From Hyphochytrium catenoides (lineage: Eukaryota; Protista; Hyphochytriomycota): a stretch of 64,000 bases of DNA. A program made the position numbers and the translations under genes. The stretch lies in contig FLMG01002914.1 of the NCBI GenBank assembly GCA_900088475.1, positions 1 to 64,000 on the forward strand, read 5' to 3'. The notes beneath the pieces are model-generated. The model was not told the DNA's origin. It made no database searches and worked only from the letters and a program-made list of their open reading frames with translations. Of this stretch, positions 24,353 through 35,917 are shown piece by piece. Position 1 is the first letter of the stretch. Each line of letters starts with the position of its first letter.

Positions 24353-25954
24353 ATGCGCTGGTTAGCTCTTACTCAGAGTCTTTTTCTGGCTACTCTGCTC
24401 TACGTTGTCGGCGTAAGCGCCTCGCCAGGGGAAGTTGTTCAATTGGTGGAGAAGGGTCTCAAGAGCTTGTCATCGAGTTTGCTAGAAGCTGAGGGGCACA
24501 GAGTAGTAGATACCCAAGACGCTCACGCCGTGGCGCAGCAGGACGTTTTACCGGCAGAGGTTGCCCCATCGGCTGCGAAGGGAGCTGATGAGACTGTGAC
24601 TAAGTTATCGGTGGCAGAAGAGGAAGGAAAGGAAGGAGAAGATGACAAAAGGGGGTCAGCTCTCCAGCAGGGTGAGGAGCGGAAAGCGCCACTGGTGAAC
24701 TCTACCGCGGAGGAAGGTCTAGCCGACGTTGATGACTCGTCCTCTACACAGTCCCTTGCGCTTTCAAACGCTGATGCGACTAATATGTCCACTAACGGGA
24801 CAAAAGAAGTGTCGCCAACTCCAAAGTTAGCGAAGCCAACCCTGGCCATCAATGACTGGACCCGGTCTGACAAACGCCGAATAATCAACAAGAACCCATA
24901 TCCATTCAAAAAGTTTCAAGACCTTGCCAGGTTCTGCGCCTCCAGTGCATCCGAACACGTCAAGCCAGGCCATCTTGCATCCTTACGATCGCAGTGCAAG
25001 CTCTGGGAGCGCATCGGGACTCGGGATACGCAGACAGAAGAACAGGATGCAGTCAATGGATCTCAGAGCCCCCTCCGTACACCGGGAAGGCTTGGCTTCC
25101 TGCTTGATATCTCTCGGGTGCCCGTCTCGGACGCAAAGTACCTCAATGAGGACCCATTGAACAGCCATGCAGACGAACGTTGGGGCTCTCATCTCGCCCG
25201 CTTATCTGTGAAGTTCCGCAACGACATGCTCAAGGAGACATTTGCAGCGTGGGCAGAGTTTGCAGAGCTTCACGACATCACTTACTGGCTAGCACACGGC
25301 ACCCTTCTGAGCTGGCTGTGGAATGAGAACGTCTTTCCCTGGGATGAGGATGGAGATATCCAGACTACTAACTATGAGCTGTTGGCACACATTGCCGCTC
25401 TCAACGGCTCTGTAGTGCACAACCGTTTCTATTTGGATGTCAACCCAAACATCATCTTCCCGTTCCACCAAACAGACAACGTCATAGATGCTAGGTTTAT
25501 CGATACCCACTCAGGTGTCTATCTTGACATCACTGGCCTTAGAATGGACCAAGAGGGCAAGCTTCGGTGTAAGAGCGTTCACTCCTATAGGCCGGACGAC
25601 CTATTTCCTCTCCATAGGGCGATATATAGTGGTGTGAAGACGTGGAGACCGCACTTTGTTCAGAAGCTCCTGGCCCAAGAGTATGGGATCAAGGCCCTTA
25701 GTAACGCGGAGTTTGCAGGTTACCGCTTTGATACCTCTGTGCAGGACTGGATACAGGTACATACAGAAAGCAATGTCATTGACATCCTGAAGAACATTAC
25801 CAAGGAGTATTACCCCGCAAACTCCGACACTGGCAAGCAGAGTACCCCCGCGGTGTATGTGGATACTTCGAGGCGTCTCGAAAGTACGACAAACGAAAAC
25901 GAGACAAAAGGTTCTGGGCACCAGGGCTCGGTTCAAAGGCTAAGGGGGCAGTAG
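24353..25954 (+). CDS. LicD-family (MNN4/fukutin-like) phosphotransferase, secretory pathway, intronless
   Basis: Signal peptide MRWLALTQSLFLATLLYVVGVSA, acidic stem, LicD motif YWLAHGTLLSW...FPWDEDGDIQ, and MNN4-like NVIDARFIDTHSGVYLDITGL and DDLFPL. Confidence 0.92.
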   Translation: MRWLALTQSLFLATLLYVVGVSASPGEVVQLVEKGLKSLSSSLLEAEGHRVVDTQDAHAVAQQDVLPAEVAPSAAKGADETVTKLSVAEEEGKEGEDDKRGSALQQGEERKAPLVNSTAEEGLADVDDSSSTQSLALSNADATNMSTNGTKEVSPTPKLAKPTLAINDWTRSDKRRIINKNPYPFKKFQDLARFCASSASEHVKPGHLASLRSQCKLWERIGTRDTQTEEQDAVNGSQSPLRTPGRLGFLLDISRVPVSDAKYLNEDPLNSHADERWGSHLARLSVKFRNDMLKETFAAWAEFAELHDITYWLAHGTLLSWLWNENVFPWDEDGDIQTTNYELLAHIAALNGSVVHNRFYLDVNPNIIFPFHQTDNVIDARFIDTHSGVYLDITGLRMDQEGKLRCKSVHSYRPDDLFPLHRAIYSGVKTWRPHFVQKLLAQEYGIKALSNAEFAGYRFDTSVQDWIQVHTESNVIDILKNITKEYYPANSDTGKQSTPAVYVDTSRRLESTTNENETKGSGHQGSVQRLRGQ

Positions 25955-27234
25955 TAGTGGCAGCCCAAGAGCTTTTGTTCCCATTTTGTACGGAGTTACC
26001 GCTCTGCTCCGTCTGTTAGCTGTTAGGATTGTTGACATTTTTGAAGTATTTATGCAGCGTCCCACTCACTGGACATACAGTTCTGAGATCTACCCTACAT
26101 TGGCTCTGACCACGACAGAACGATGTAGCTGACCTCTCATTAATACCCGCACTCAAAAAACTGCCGGACCGCTATGGGCGGCGGAGGTGGCGGAGGTTGA
26201 TAATAGAGTCAGCTCGCCCTTTGAAGGCTGGTGATACTCAGTCATAGTGATGCCTGGCAGTGTCTCGCTGCCGCGGATGATGGGAGCGCAATGTTCTGTT
26301 CCCATCCTCATCTTCATAGTTGCTTGGTAACCTCCTAACAGATACAGGTTGCTGCTATCTAGAGGATCTACACCTGCCCCACTCATATCCACCGTTCCGG
26401 CATCTATGCATGCTGCACTCTCCTCATACCACTTAGCGAAAAGTCCAGCGGAAGACTGTCAAAGCATCCTTCTAGTGTACCTGTAGAGGAAATCTCACCA
26501 TCACCACAGCTCATACACATCCTTTCGTGATCGCCTTCTACGTCATCCTACTAGCAACAGTGTCTAGATCATCTACCTGATAATAAGCGCCCTCCTCTCA
26601 GTTTCTGACCTGCAGCGCCGCATCTGATGACCATCATCTGCCGTCGTGCTGTTGTGCTCTTCTCCTGCCACACGCTTCACCATGTAACATCAGCAGAAAA
26701 CAGCTGCAACTGTTCTTGGCTAATCAAGACCACCACTGTTGGCTAATAATGGCGGTGATGATGGGCGTCTTGACCTTGTACTACTAAATCATAAACTTTT
26801 ACCTGTCTTTTGTTGTTGGGGAGGCGTTTCCGCTTTAGTGCCGCCCCACAGGCACTCTGTCCTCAATCATCATCGCTGCCCGAATATAAGAGTTTCAGTG
26901 GAGCTGTGTAGGTAAAGGGATTCGACAGGATACCCGAATATAATTCAAATCCAAGGAACAAACCTACACTTGGAGCTTGTAGAAAGGTTCCTGCAGATAG
27001 CTATTCGGGATCAAGCTAGACGTTAAGGGAAATAGACCGCAGCCAATCCCGTGGATCTAGAATAATTGGGAAGTACCCTCTTCAGTTTTCTTTTTCAAGA
27101 AGCTTGGACCTCAATAATATTCCCCCTAGAATGTCACTAATCCTAATGATTATAGCTCATAGAGTGTAGTAGTAATCATGGTGTCTCTTCGAGATTGCCT
27201 GGATCCTCCGAAAGGCCGCGAGCAGCTCACGGCG

Positions 27235-27277
27235 CCTGCCCTGCCCTGCCCTGCCCTGCCCTGCCCTGCCCTGCCCT
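27235..27277. repeat. (CTGCC)n pentanucleotide repeat; (GGGCA)8 on the - strand
   Basis: About 8 perfect units about 340 bp upstream of the ATG at 27617. Confidence 0.95.
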
Positions 27278-27616
27278 CCGGGCCCTGGGGGCTGGGCCTT
27301 TGAAGAGAGGAGACGGAGGGCAGAAGTGCACCCGCAGCCTAGGCACAAGAAGACAGGACGGCACGGAGGAGGTAGGTCGCCAGGAAGACGAGGAAGATGT
27401 GGATGATGAAAGACAGCAAGTCAATATTAGTACGAGTGAGACCGTAACAAAGGAAGAAAGAGCTCGGCAGACGGAGGTGCAGCGGGCTCGAAAAGCTCCT
27501 TACTGGCCGACTGTCCTCCCATACCTGGATCATTAAGCTGACGACGCGCCATACTCTGCCCACCTGGACCTCCAGCATTTATTTGTTAACATCAGGGAGC
27601 GCAATTTGACGGAGAC

Positions 27617-29375
27617 ATGGTCGCCTTAAAAGCAATTCTTGCACTCAGTTCTTTGGTGGCAACCAGTGTCGGCGCTGTGCGTAGAGGGTCGGAACAGGCA
27701 GCCTTTCAGGCAGCAGAGAACAAACAATGGAGGTGCACCCCAGTCACGATGCTGAACACTCGTGCCGTGGGCAGTATGGCAGTCGCCAAGGACGGAGCGT
27801 GGCAAGGGCCCAAATTTCCTGCTGAGAACGTAAACACTGCTAATGTGGAGGGCGCATTGAAGTACATCATAACGGAGTGTATTGATAAGGGTAGGCAGAC
27901 ACAAGTACACGCAGCATGGTCCATCATGTCGCATGAATCTCTCTCTCCCTCCTCCTCTAAGGCTTCCCTCGTGTTCTCAGCTGCCTTTTCTACAAGCTTA
28001 AGCCCAGCTCTCCTCCTTTTTCTTAGCCGTAGCCCTCCGCTTACCATGCCCCTTCCACTCCCTATTCCGCGCTACAGCTTCGATCGATCCAACCATTTGT
28101 GCGCGGAAAAACTGGGTGGCGTACATCGACTTTTACACTTACACTGTCTGCCAACCTGCCGCCGCCAACTGGTGGTTCTCATCTTTGAGAGAAAATGGCT
28201 ATGGCGGGCAGCCCGCAGCTGACTACTACGGCTTGGGCCAATATCTGACGTTTGACGATGGAGCTTGTGATGTTGGCTTTTCCTATTGCAATTATGTCAA
28301 CGGCAGAGCCAACGCTCCTAAGGTGAGAAGAGAGATAGAAGCTTTTGGGTTATTAGGAGACTTAATTCTGGGTGATCCAACTTGGCCAACCCTGCGTGCA
28401 GTATGTGTCTGTTCCCTAATGGGTCCGTTTCTTCCCGCCCCGCTGCCTTTGAATTGTTCGCCATCTATGTGTATCCATCAACGTGGCTGTGCTTGGTCTC
28501 AGTCTTCTAAAACTTATCTTTCCCTCACATCCTCATAGCTTGGCAACTGGATCGGCTGGCAAGATGTATCTGAAGACCCGCGCAACCCTACTACTGGTGC
28601 CTATTGGTATTCCTTCCCTGGAGTCTGCCCTGAGATGAACCGCACGAAAGGGAAGACCGAAGAATGTATGAAGACGAACCCAGGAGGAAGATGCCCACCA
28701 GGGGTTACTCCAGATGGCGTGACGTGCACTTACAGCTATGAGTTCTTTGGCGAAATCGCACTGGACGCACTGGTCGGGATCACGGACATGGGCTACAAGA
28801 ACTACACAGAGTTCTGCAAGGCCAAGAATGTAGAGTTCGAGAGAGCGTCAGACTACTCTTTCGTACAGGGTTTGGACTTCTGGAAAGATCCTCTCAACAA
28901 GACCGCCAACGCAGAGAGAGTCAAGAAGATGCTCGAATTCTATGCGAACAAGACAGCTAATCCAATGAACAAGCCTCTTCCTACGCCTGAAGAACTTGAC
29001 GCAAAGAATCCACCTTGCTATTGCAATGTGCCGTCCTGTGTGAACGCTCCCTGCAAGTACGATGCGTCTCAGTACTGTGTGAGGTGTAAGATTGGTGAGC
29101 CAGGCTGCGAGGTCAATCCTGATCCTTCAAAGTGCAAGTACGGTCTGCCTACGGTTCAGACGCTGTCAAAGGTTAGTGTTCCTACGACCGCACCGCCTAC
29201 AAAGGAGGCAGAGACCAGCCAGACGCCTGAGACAAATGCGGAAGTGCCTTCGAATAATGACGGGTCCCAGAGTGCGAACAACAACAACAGGAAGAGCGAC
29301 GCTGAGCGATACGACCAACAGGCAGTCGTGTTTGCCGTTGCTGGAGTTGCCGCTACGTTGGCGCTTTGGCAATAG
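27617..29375 (+). CDS. Secreted Cys-rich, probably GPI-anchored protein of an uncharacterised oomycete-like family; 3 exons (27617-27890, 28078-28322, 28539-29375)
   Basis: Exons join in frame. Signal peptide; CARKNWVAYIDFY...QP; YWYSFPGVCP; PGGRCPPGVTPDGVTCTYSY; DALVGIT; EFC...EF; FWKDP...ANAER; PLP...L...NPPCY; T/P stalk; hydrophobic tail AVVFAVAGVAATLALWQ. Confidence 0.85.
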
Positions 29376-30983
29376 GCGCCATGACTGTGGACCTTGAGGC
29401 ATACTTCTCTCTGCTTATCTCTACCCGAATGTCGATCAAATTGTCTTGCTTGAGCATGTCCACCACACCCCACAGCGGTAGTTAACTTCCTTGCCACCCC
29501 ACAGAATAGGCCATCCTATAATCTTCCATCGAATGAGTTCACTGTGAGAGTTAAGTATGATGTCCATACACCACCACCTTCGCTGATGGATCTATCCATA
29601 CGGAACGGCCACTCCAATGAACTTGCCAATTTTATCTGTCGCCTTTCCATCCTTGATAGGGGTAGGGGCTGTGGTCGCCTTTCCTTCTTCCCGTCCTGAG
29701 TCCTGCCAATCTCAAGGTCCAAAGGGCTTCTTAGCATAATCTCCATCACTACGCTAGAGCTAGACTCTGGTCAAGGGTAGGGATGCTCATTCAGAATGAC
29801 AGTGATACTCAATGAGTGCGCAGCCTGTAATAACCATGAAAGCAGGGGTAGCCGTCTCATACAGAGCTCTAGAACGCGTCGCTAACCTCTCCACCAACCG
29901 AAGCACGATTCATTCGAGCTTTGCATCGTTTTCTATTGATCGTCCTCAGACAAAGAGGAGCAGGTTCGTCAAAAGCTATCTAGAGCAAAGTCATCTGCAG
30001 ATACCAGACTAAGAAGGTACATTACAACGATTTCGTAGACTTCGACTCTAAAGATACCGCTTCCTAGACCAATCTGTGTCAGCTCTACTCTTAATTCAAA
30101 CAAGCTTGAGGCGACTCAGGTCCCCGAAGGCTCTGTACTCGGTTAGCTCCGCAGAAAGCTCTGCGCTATCCAGGCTCACAAGCTTTGGAATGCTATAGAA
30201 TCTAAAGACTCTGTGCATGTGCTGCGGCAACTGAAGACTCTGTATCAACAAAAAAACTCTATCAACAATCAGCAAACTATTGACCTATTATTAGCTGTGA
30301 TCCTACTCATTGTGAAGATTGCCTCTGCTTTTGCTGCGAGCTGTGAGCTGCTACAAGTAGAACAGCAGAAGTGGCATGCTGCCTGCTGCTTTCCTGCTGC
30401 CTGAGAGCTGCTGCCTGAGCTGCTTGCTGCCTGGCTCTGCAGGTGACGAGACGGGAGTCGGACGGGGAGATGGGATCCAGTTGCAGACAGGTGCCTCAGA
30501 TTCGCAACACATTCTAAATCAGACGGCCCAAGACGCCTTTCGTTTAGTATTTATTCCATAACATGCCTCTCATTCCAGATAAATGTTGTGGCGTCACCGG
30601 GTTGTCTTCTTACGTTACAGAAATAGAAAAACTTGAGCTTTTGGAAGGAGCGACGACAGGGGAAGGATGGGAGGACATGTCAGAGATGTGCGAGCTGAGA
30701 TCTGCCTGCTTTGCTACCTTCGACTACTCCTCAAGCCCCATCCTCTGCAGTCCTTGCCTTCCTTCTGACACTACCTCCTGCGTTGAGGCTCTATCCGCGA
30801 CGGACAAGTGATTTCCAGTGCATCCGAAAACCCAGACAAGCCCCAGAGTTCTTGCTTGTCATCAGAGGTCACGGAACCTTCTCGATATCTTATCGGACTG
30901 TTAACGAATCTACTGCGGCGACGACCTTCCACGGACTCTATAGACTATCTGTCGTCGCGGGTGACAACGCGTAAGAAGAAGCC

Positions 30984-33605
30984 ATGATCAGAGCACTCGC
31001 AAGCCGTCTCTCGAGCTCAGGATGCCGGCAGCTGTCACAACAGGCCAGCAGCGGGTAATTTCTCAACTTTCGACCTCGTTCCAATTAATTCCTGTACTCA
31101 CCTTCATCCGCTCCACAACCTTTCCTTGTTGCAACAGCCGTGGCATCGCCTCGCTGGCGAGCTTGTCAGAAGATCATCAGATGCTATATGAGACTTGCCG
31201 TCAGTTTGCTGAGAAGGAGCTAAAGCCCAATGCGGGCCTTTGGGATCGGGAGCACAAGTTTCCTGGCGAGGCCGTCAAGAAGCTTGGAGAAATGGGGCTG
31301 ATGGGAATTGCTGTGGATCCAGGTCGGCATTATCCTCTCTCTGACTCAACTAGCCACACACTCTGGCCCTCCCTGATTCCTTACTCCCTCGTAGACTTTG
31401 GCGGCACTGGTATGGACTATGTCGCTTATGCTATCGCCATGGAGGAGATTAGCAGGGGCTGCGCATCAACGGGGGTGGTGATGTCCGTAAACAATGTAAG
31501 AGCTCCATGACAACGATACAAACGGGGGGAAGCTACTAAGTGATCTCTGTCAATATCCGTGTGCCTGCATCCGCCCCATTTGTAATGGAAAGTCATTGTA
31601 CTGCTATCCAATGGAGAAGTTCGGCAACGATGCCCAAAAGGTAACAAGCAGGCTCCAGGGTTCTAATGTTTTATCCTCTTCTCCTTGGCTTCATCCCCGT
31701 ACATTCGCTTGATAAACTACTTATCTCCGCCAGCGCAGGCTTCTTCTCTCTCTATGTGCTGCGTGATCATATTCATCTGGCTTTTCGTTGCTTGGTGCCT
31801 TTCCACTCCATTCTTCACCGATCACCTCAGATCCATTAACTTCCGTTGCAGGAGGAGTACCTGAAGCCATTCGCTCTGGGAGAAAAGCTCGGTTGCTTCG
31901 GTCTAAGCGAGCCAGGTTAGGAGAGTGGCAGCGATTCTGCCTTCACCTTCTCCATGTTAAGGACTATAATTACGCTATATCGCTCCGCTTCCTGCTTTTC
32001 CTGGTCTTTTTGCTAGCTTGATCTTCCTCTTCGCCATAATTTGGGCTTATCTTTGACTTGTCGGTCAGGGAATGGTAGCGATGCTGGTGCGGCTTCGACC
32101 ACAGCTCAGGACGCAGGAGACAAATGGGTGCTCAACGGCACGAAGGCCTGGATTACAAATGCTCATGAGGCAGACACAGCGATAGTCTTCGCTACCACAG
32201 ACAAGTCAGTCTCTTTCTTCTGACAGGAGCGTGTCCTTTCGCCTTTCTTTAGTTGCTTGGCCTGTTGTTCCTGTTTACTCTCGACGTCTTCTTTCTTTCC
32301 TGGTTGATGATAGCTGACGGTACATGCTACCTCTTCATCCCTTCGTATTGTCTCTTCACAGGTCAAAGAAGCATAAGGGAATCAGCGCCTTCATTGTACC
32401 CACGGACACACCAGGGTTTTCTCTAGGAAAGAAGGAGGACAAGCTGGTAGGTCCGAAAAGGGTTTGGCCAAATCTTGGTATGACTTGACAGAGATAGAGG
32501 TCAAGCAAATGAGAGTGGGCATGATAGAAGAGAAAAGGAAGGGAAAATAGGCGGGTCCTCAAGCAAAGGCGTGCACTGGCTGAAAGGTTAGAGGTTCAAC
32601 CTGCACTGCCCTTACTAATGGACAACTTCCCCGTCTTAGGGCATCCGAGCGTCGTCCACCTCCAACCTGATCTTTGAGGACTGCGCCATTCCTAAGGAAA
32701 ACCTTCTGGGAAAGCCTGGCGATGGCTTCAAGATTGCGATGGTGAGAGTGATAGATACGTAGGCTGGTCCGTACACTACCTACGTTTCCTTGCTGCTGCG
32801 ACCTGTTTGGATCATGGCATGTGTCCCGTATGACGATGTCCCTCTTCCCTCTTCTATAAGCGTTGTCTCTTGCGCTGTCTCTGTACTGATCCTCGGCTGC
32901 CTTTAAGCTAACTTCCTCCTTTCACTTGCCACCAACCTTCCTTTTCCGACTCGGCAACAGATGACTCTCGACGCTGGCCGTATCGGTATCGCTGGGCAGG
33001 CCTTGGGCATAGCACAGGCAGCGTATGACTGTGCCATTGAGTATGCACATCAGCGTAAGGCCTTCGGGCAGCCAATAGTAAAACTTCACGCTATTCAGGT
33101 AGGAAGAGGAAACTATATCAGAAAACATAAAGGAGGTTATGGAGCTGCGAACTTCGGCGCGTCGTGAGCTATCAACTGGGGGAATCATTGCCTTCTTATA
33201 GACTTCTCCCCTATTGTTGTCATCTTTAGACCCCACATGCGGCGGCATGCTGAGATTTTGTGAAGGCTAATGTTCTTTCCCTCCCTTTGATAGACGAAGC
33301 TAGCTGAGATGGCGATGCAGATTGATGCCGCGCGGCTCCTCACGTGGCGTGCGGCCACAATGAAGGACAACAACCAAAACTTTACTAAGGAGGCCGCGAT
33401 GGCCAAGCTGAAAGCATCCGAGGCGGCCACCTTTTGCGCCCATCAGGCCATCCAAGTCCTGGGAGGAATGGGTTATGTTACCGATATGCCGGCAGAGAGA
33501 CACTATAGGGATGCACGCATCACCGAGATCTATGAAGGCACCAGCGAGATTCAATACCTTGTGGTTGCTGGGCGACTGGTGAAGGAGTACGCAGAGAACC
33601 ATTAA
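30984..33605 (+). CDS. ACADS: Short-chain (butyryl) acyl-CoA dehydrogenase, mitochondrial precursor, about 10 exons
   Basis: Presequence [11 protein letters not shown]; CRQFAEKEL; [18 protein letters not shown]; [17 protein letters not shown]; [10 protein letters not shown]; [16 protein letters not shown]; [15 protein letters not shown]; [31 protein letters not shown]. Confidence 0.95.
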
Positions 33606-34711
33606 GAACTCGAGTCAGGAGATTACTTCTATAGCTTCTCAGCAGCTAAACAGTGGTTGCCAGGGCTCTACAGCCTGCAGAAGGGTTGTCCCATGTTGTC
33701 ATTAGTAGCTTATGCTCTGAAACCTGACGGTGAGGACACTTATTACACCAGCAGAGTACTGGAGAGTGTATGACCTAATAGAGGCAGGACTAGTGCCAAT
33801 TTCTTGCATATTGTGACCATCAACCGCCTTTCGAAGGTTTCTGTCCATCGCACCGCGCGGGCCTGGGTCAGTGCCTGAGCTTTACGGCTCTGCTTGAGAC
33901 CATAGAGGGAGCACCACCAACAAAGCGTCTGTCAGTCAAGACTCATAATTATAACTACAAAGGCCTCGTGCAGGAGGGACTTTTACTGTCTGGAAAGAAC
34001 CTCATCAATAATAAGATGAGGTCAAAAGGGCACAAAGTTCACAATGGCATTCAGAGACTATCGCCTTTGTCTCAGAAGAGGGCACTTCTAGCAGTTGACC
34101 AAAGTTACCGCGAGAGTATCTTCCACATCAAAAAGTGGGTTTTCCCGTTTTCAGGCGCTTCGCATCCAAAAAGTGACCAAACTTGAGCGGCACGATCTCT
34201 GCTTACGTCTCTGGTTTCCTCTGCTTGCGCGCTCAGTGTAAAGATCTCGTTGTGCTCGTTATGCTCATCTCCCATCATCACCAGCGGCTTCCTTTAGAAA
34301 GAATGACCAAAATTGAGCGGGGTGATTTCTGCTTGGTCTCTGATTCACCTGCTCTTCCCCTACTTCCATCCTGCTCATCTCCCATCATCGCCGACCACTA
34401 CCTACTCTTTCTTCTTTTCCTTCGTGTCGTGGCACCATCTCCGAGCTCGGTTGATTCCTTTTCCATCTGCTGTCTCTCTTCCTTCAACTTGTCACAAAGA
34501 GAGAGCATCACAAGGCTATCACAAGGGTATGACGATGGGCTATCGTGCTGCTCCTGCGCTTCTTACCGCATCGGCAGATAGTATCAATGATATCAACTCT
34601 CTGCTTCCTTGCAAAGTCTTTCTCATAAGCTAATCCGCTGTTAAGAGCTCACCTGTCGCGAAGATCCTATCGTTCACTCGGCAAAGTATCTTGCTTCTGT
34701 CAACGCTAACG

Positions 34712-35917
34712 ATGGTTAGACTTCTAAGTCAGAGTGTCATCGCCATTGGCACGGTACTTCTCAGCAGCAGCGGCGGGGACGCCGCTAAAGAAGCAAGAGC
34801 GCCAGGCAAATGGACGCTTCTCCCCCTAACCCTGGCTTACAATGCAACCGAACACATGTGCACTTGGGCCTCATCTTCCTCCTTCGCTTCGAACTCCTCT
34901 GTTCCTCATCCACCGGACCGGCACCCAATCGCTCTCATCATCGGAGGCACCCAAAAGTACACTCGCCGGCCCCTTCGTAGGCTTAATGCCTACGACTTCA
35001 ACGCTCGGACTGTTACAGAGCTTCGCCCAGCGCCTTTGCAGATGCAGGAAGGCGCTTCTGCAGTGGTCCAAGATGTTCTCTACATCTATCAACCATCATA
35101 TTTCAATCAAGGGAGGGTTCCAGGCTATGAGAACACGACGATCCTGACGTATGGGCTAAAGACAAACCAGTGGGATCAGATTCCTATCTCGGAGACTGCA
35201 GTTAGACCTTCACGAGATGCTGCTGGAGGCTTGGTCCAATGGTTTCCAGACAAACGACAGGAAAATTTGTTGCTTTACCAGTGTGATGGGATCTGGAGCT
35301 TTAACCTGAAGAATAAGGAGTGGAAGGCCGTCGAGGTGAAGGGAGACCGCCCTCCTTGTCTCTCGGGTGCTGCCATCGCGGCTTCTGATGGCAGAGGAGA
35401 GGCTCAAGCATTTTACCTCGTCGGAGGTACCACAGAGGACGGCGCAGCTAGCAGCACCGTCTGGAAGTACACCGTCAAGAGCCAGACGTGGTGGCGACTG
35501 CAGGCAGAATTTCCTTTGGCCGTGACGAGTCTTTCAGCGGCTGTTGACGGAGACACTCTCTACACTTTTGGGGGATGGAGGGTATCCGAAAACGCCGCAG
35601 TCGATTCTTTCTACAGCCTAAGACTGAACAGGCCTCGCGCGCAGTGGAGAGCGATTCAGGTCTCCCCAGCACCTCTGAGAAGATTTGGGAGCTGCATGCT
35701 CCCACAAGTCGGACGGGCGACAGAGAGCAACCAAGCGAAGGAAGAGAAGGCCCATGGAGATCAAGGTGTTTTGCTCTTTGGAGGCATTGAAGAGCCAGTG
35801 CCCGGGAAGCCCCGGCACACTGGAGACGATATTTGGGCTTTCTCTGCCGCCACTGACGACTTGACAACGGACGGTCAAGAAAGTGATGAGAGGGAGAGCG
35901 AGAAGAGAGAGAGTTAG
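34712..35917 (+). CDS. Secreted kelch-repeat (galactose-oxidase-type beta-propeller) protein, intronless
   Basis: ATG at 34712, signal peptide, kelch signatures LIIGG, FYLVGG...VWKY...W, LYTFGG...W, VLLFGG...DIWAF. Confidence 0.85.
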   Translation: MVRLLSQSVIAIGTVLLSSSGGDAAKEARAPGKWTLLPLTLAYNATEHMCTWASSSSFASNSSVPHPPDRHPIALIIGGTQKYTRRPLRRLNAYDFNARTVTELRPAPLQMQEGASAVVQDVLYIYQPSYFNQGRVPGYENTTILTYGLKTNQWDQIPISETAVRPSRDAAGGLVQWFPDKRQENLLLYQCDGIWSFNLKNKEWKAVEVKGDRPPCLSGAAIAASDGRGEAQAFYLVGGTTEDGAASSTVWKYTVKSQTWWRLQAEFPLAVTSLSAAVDGDTLYTFGGWRVSENAAVDSFYSLRLNRPRAQWRAIQVSPAPLRRFGSCMLPQVGRATESNQAKEEKAHGDQGVLLFGGIEEPVPGKPRHTGDDIWAFSAATDDLTTDGQESDERESEKRES

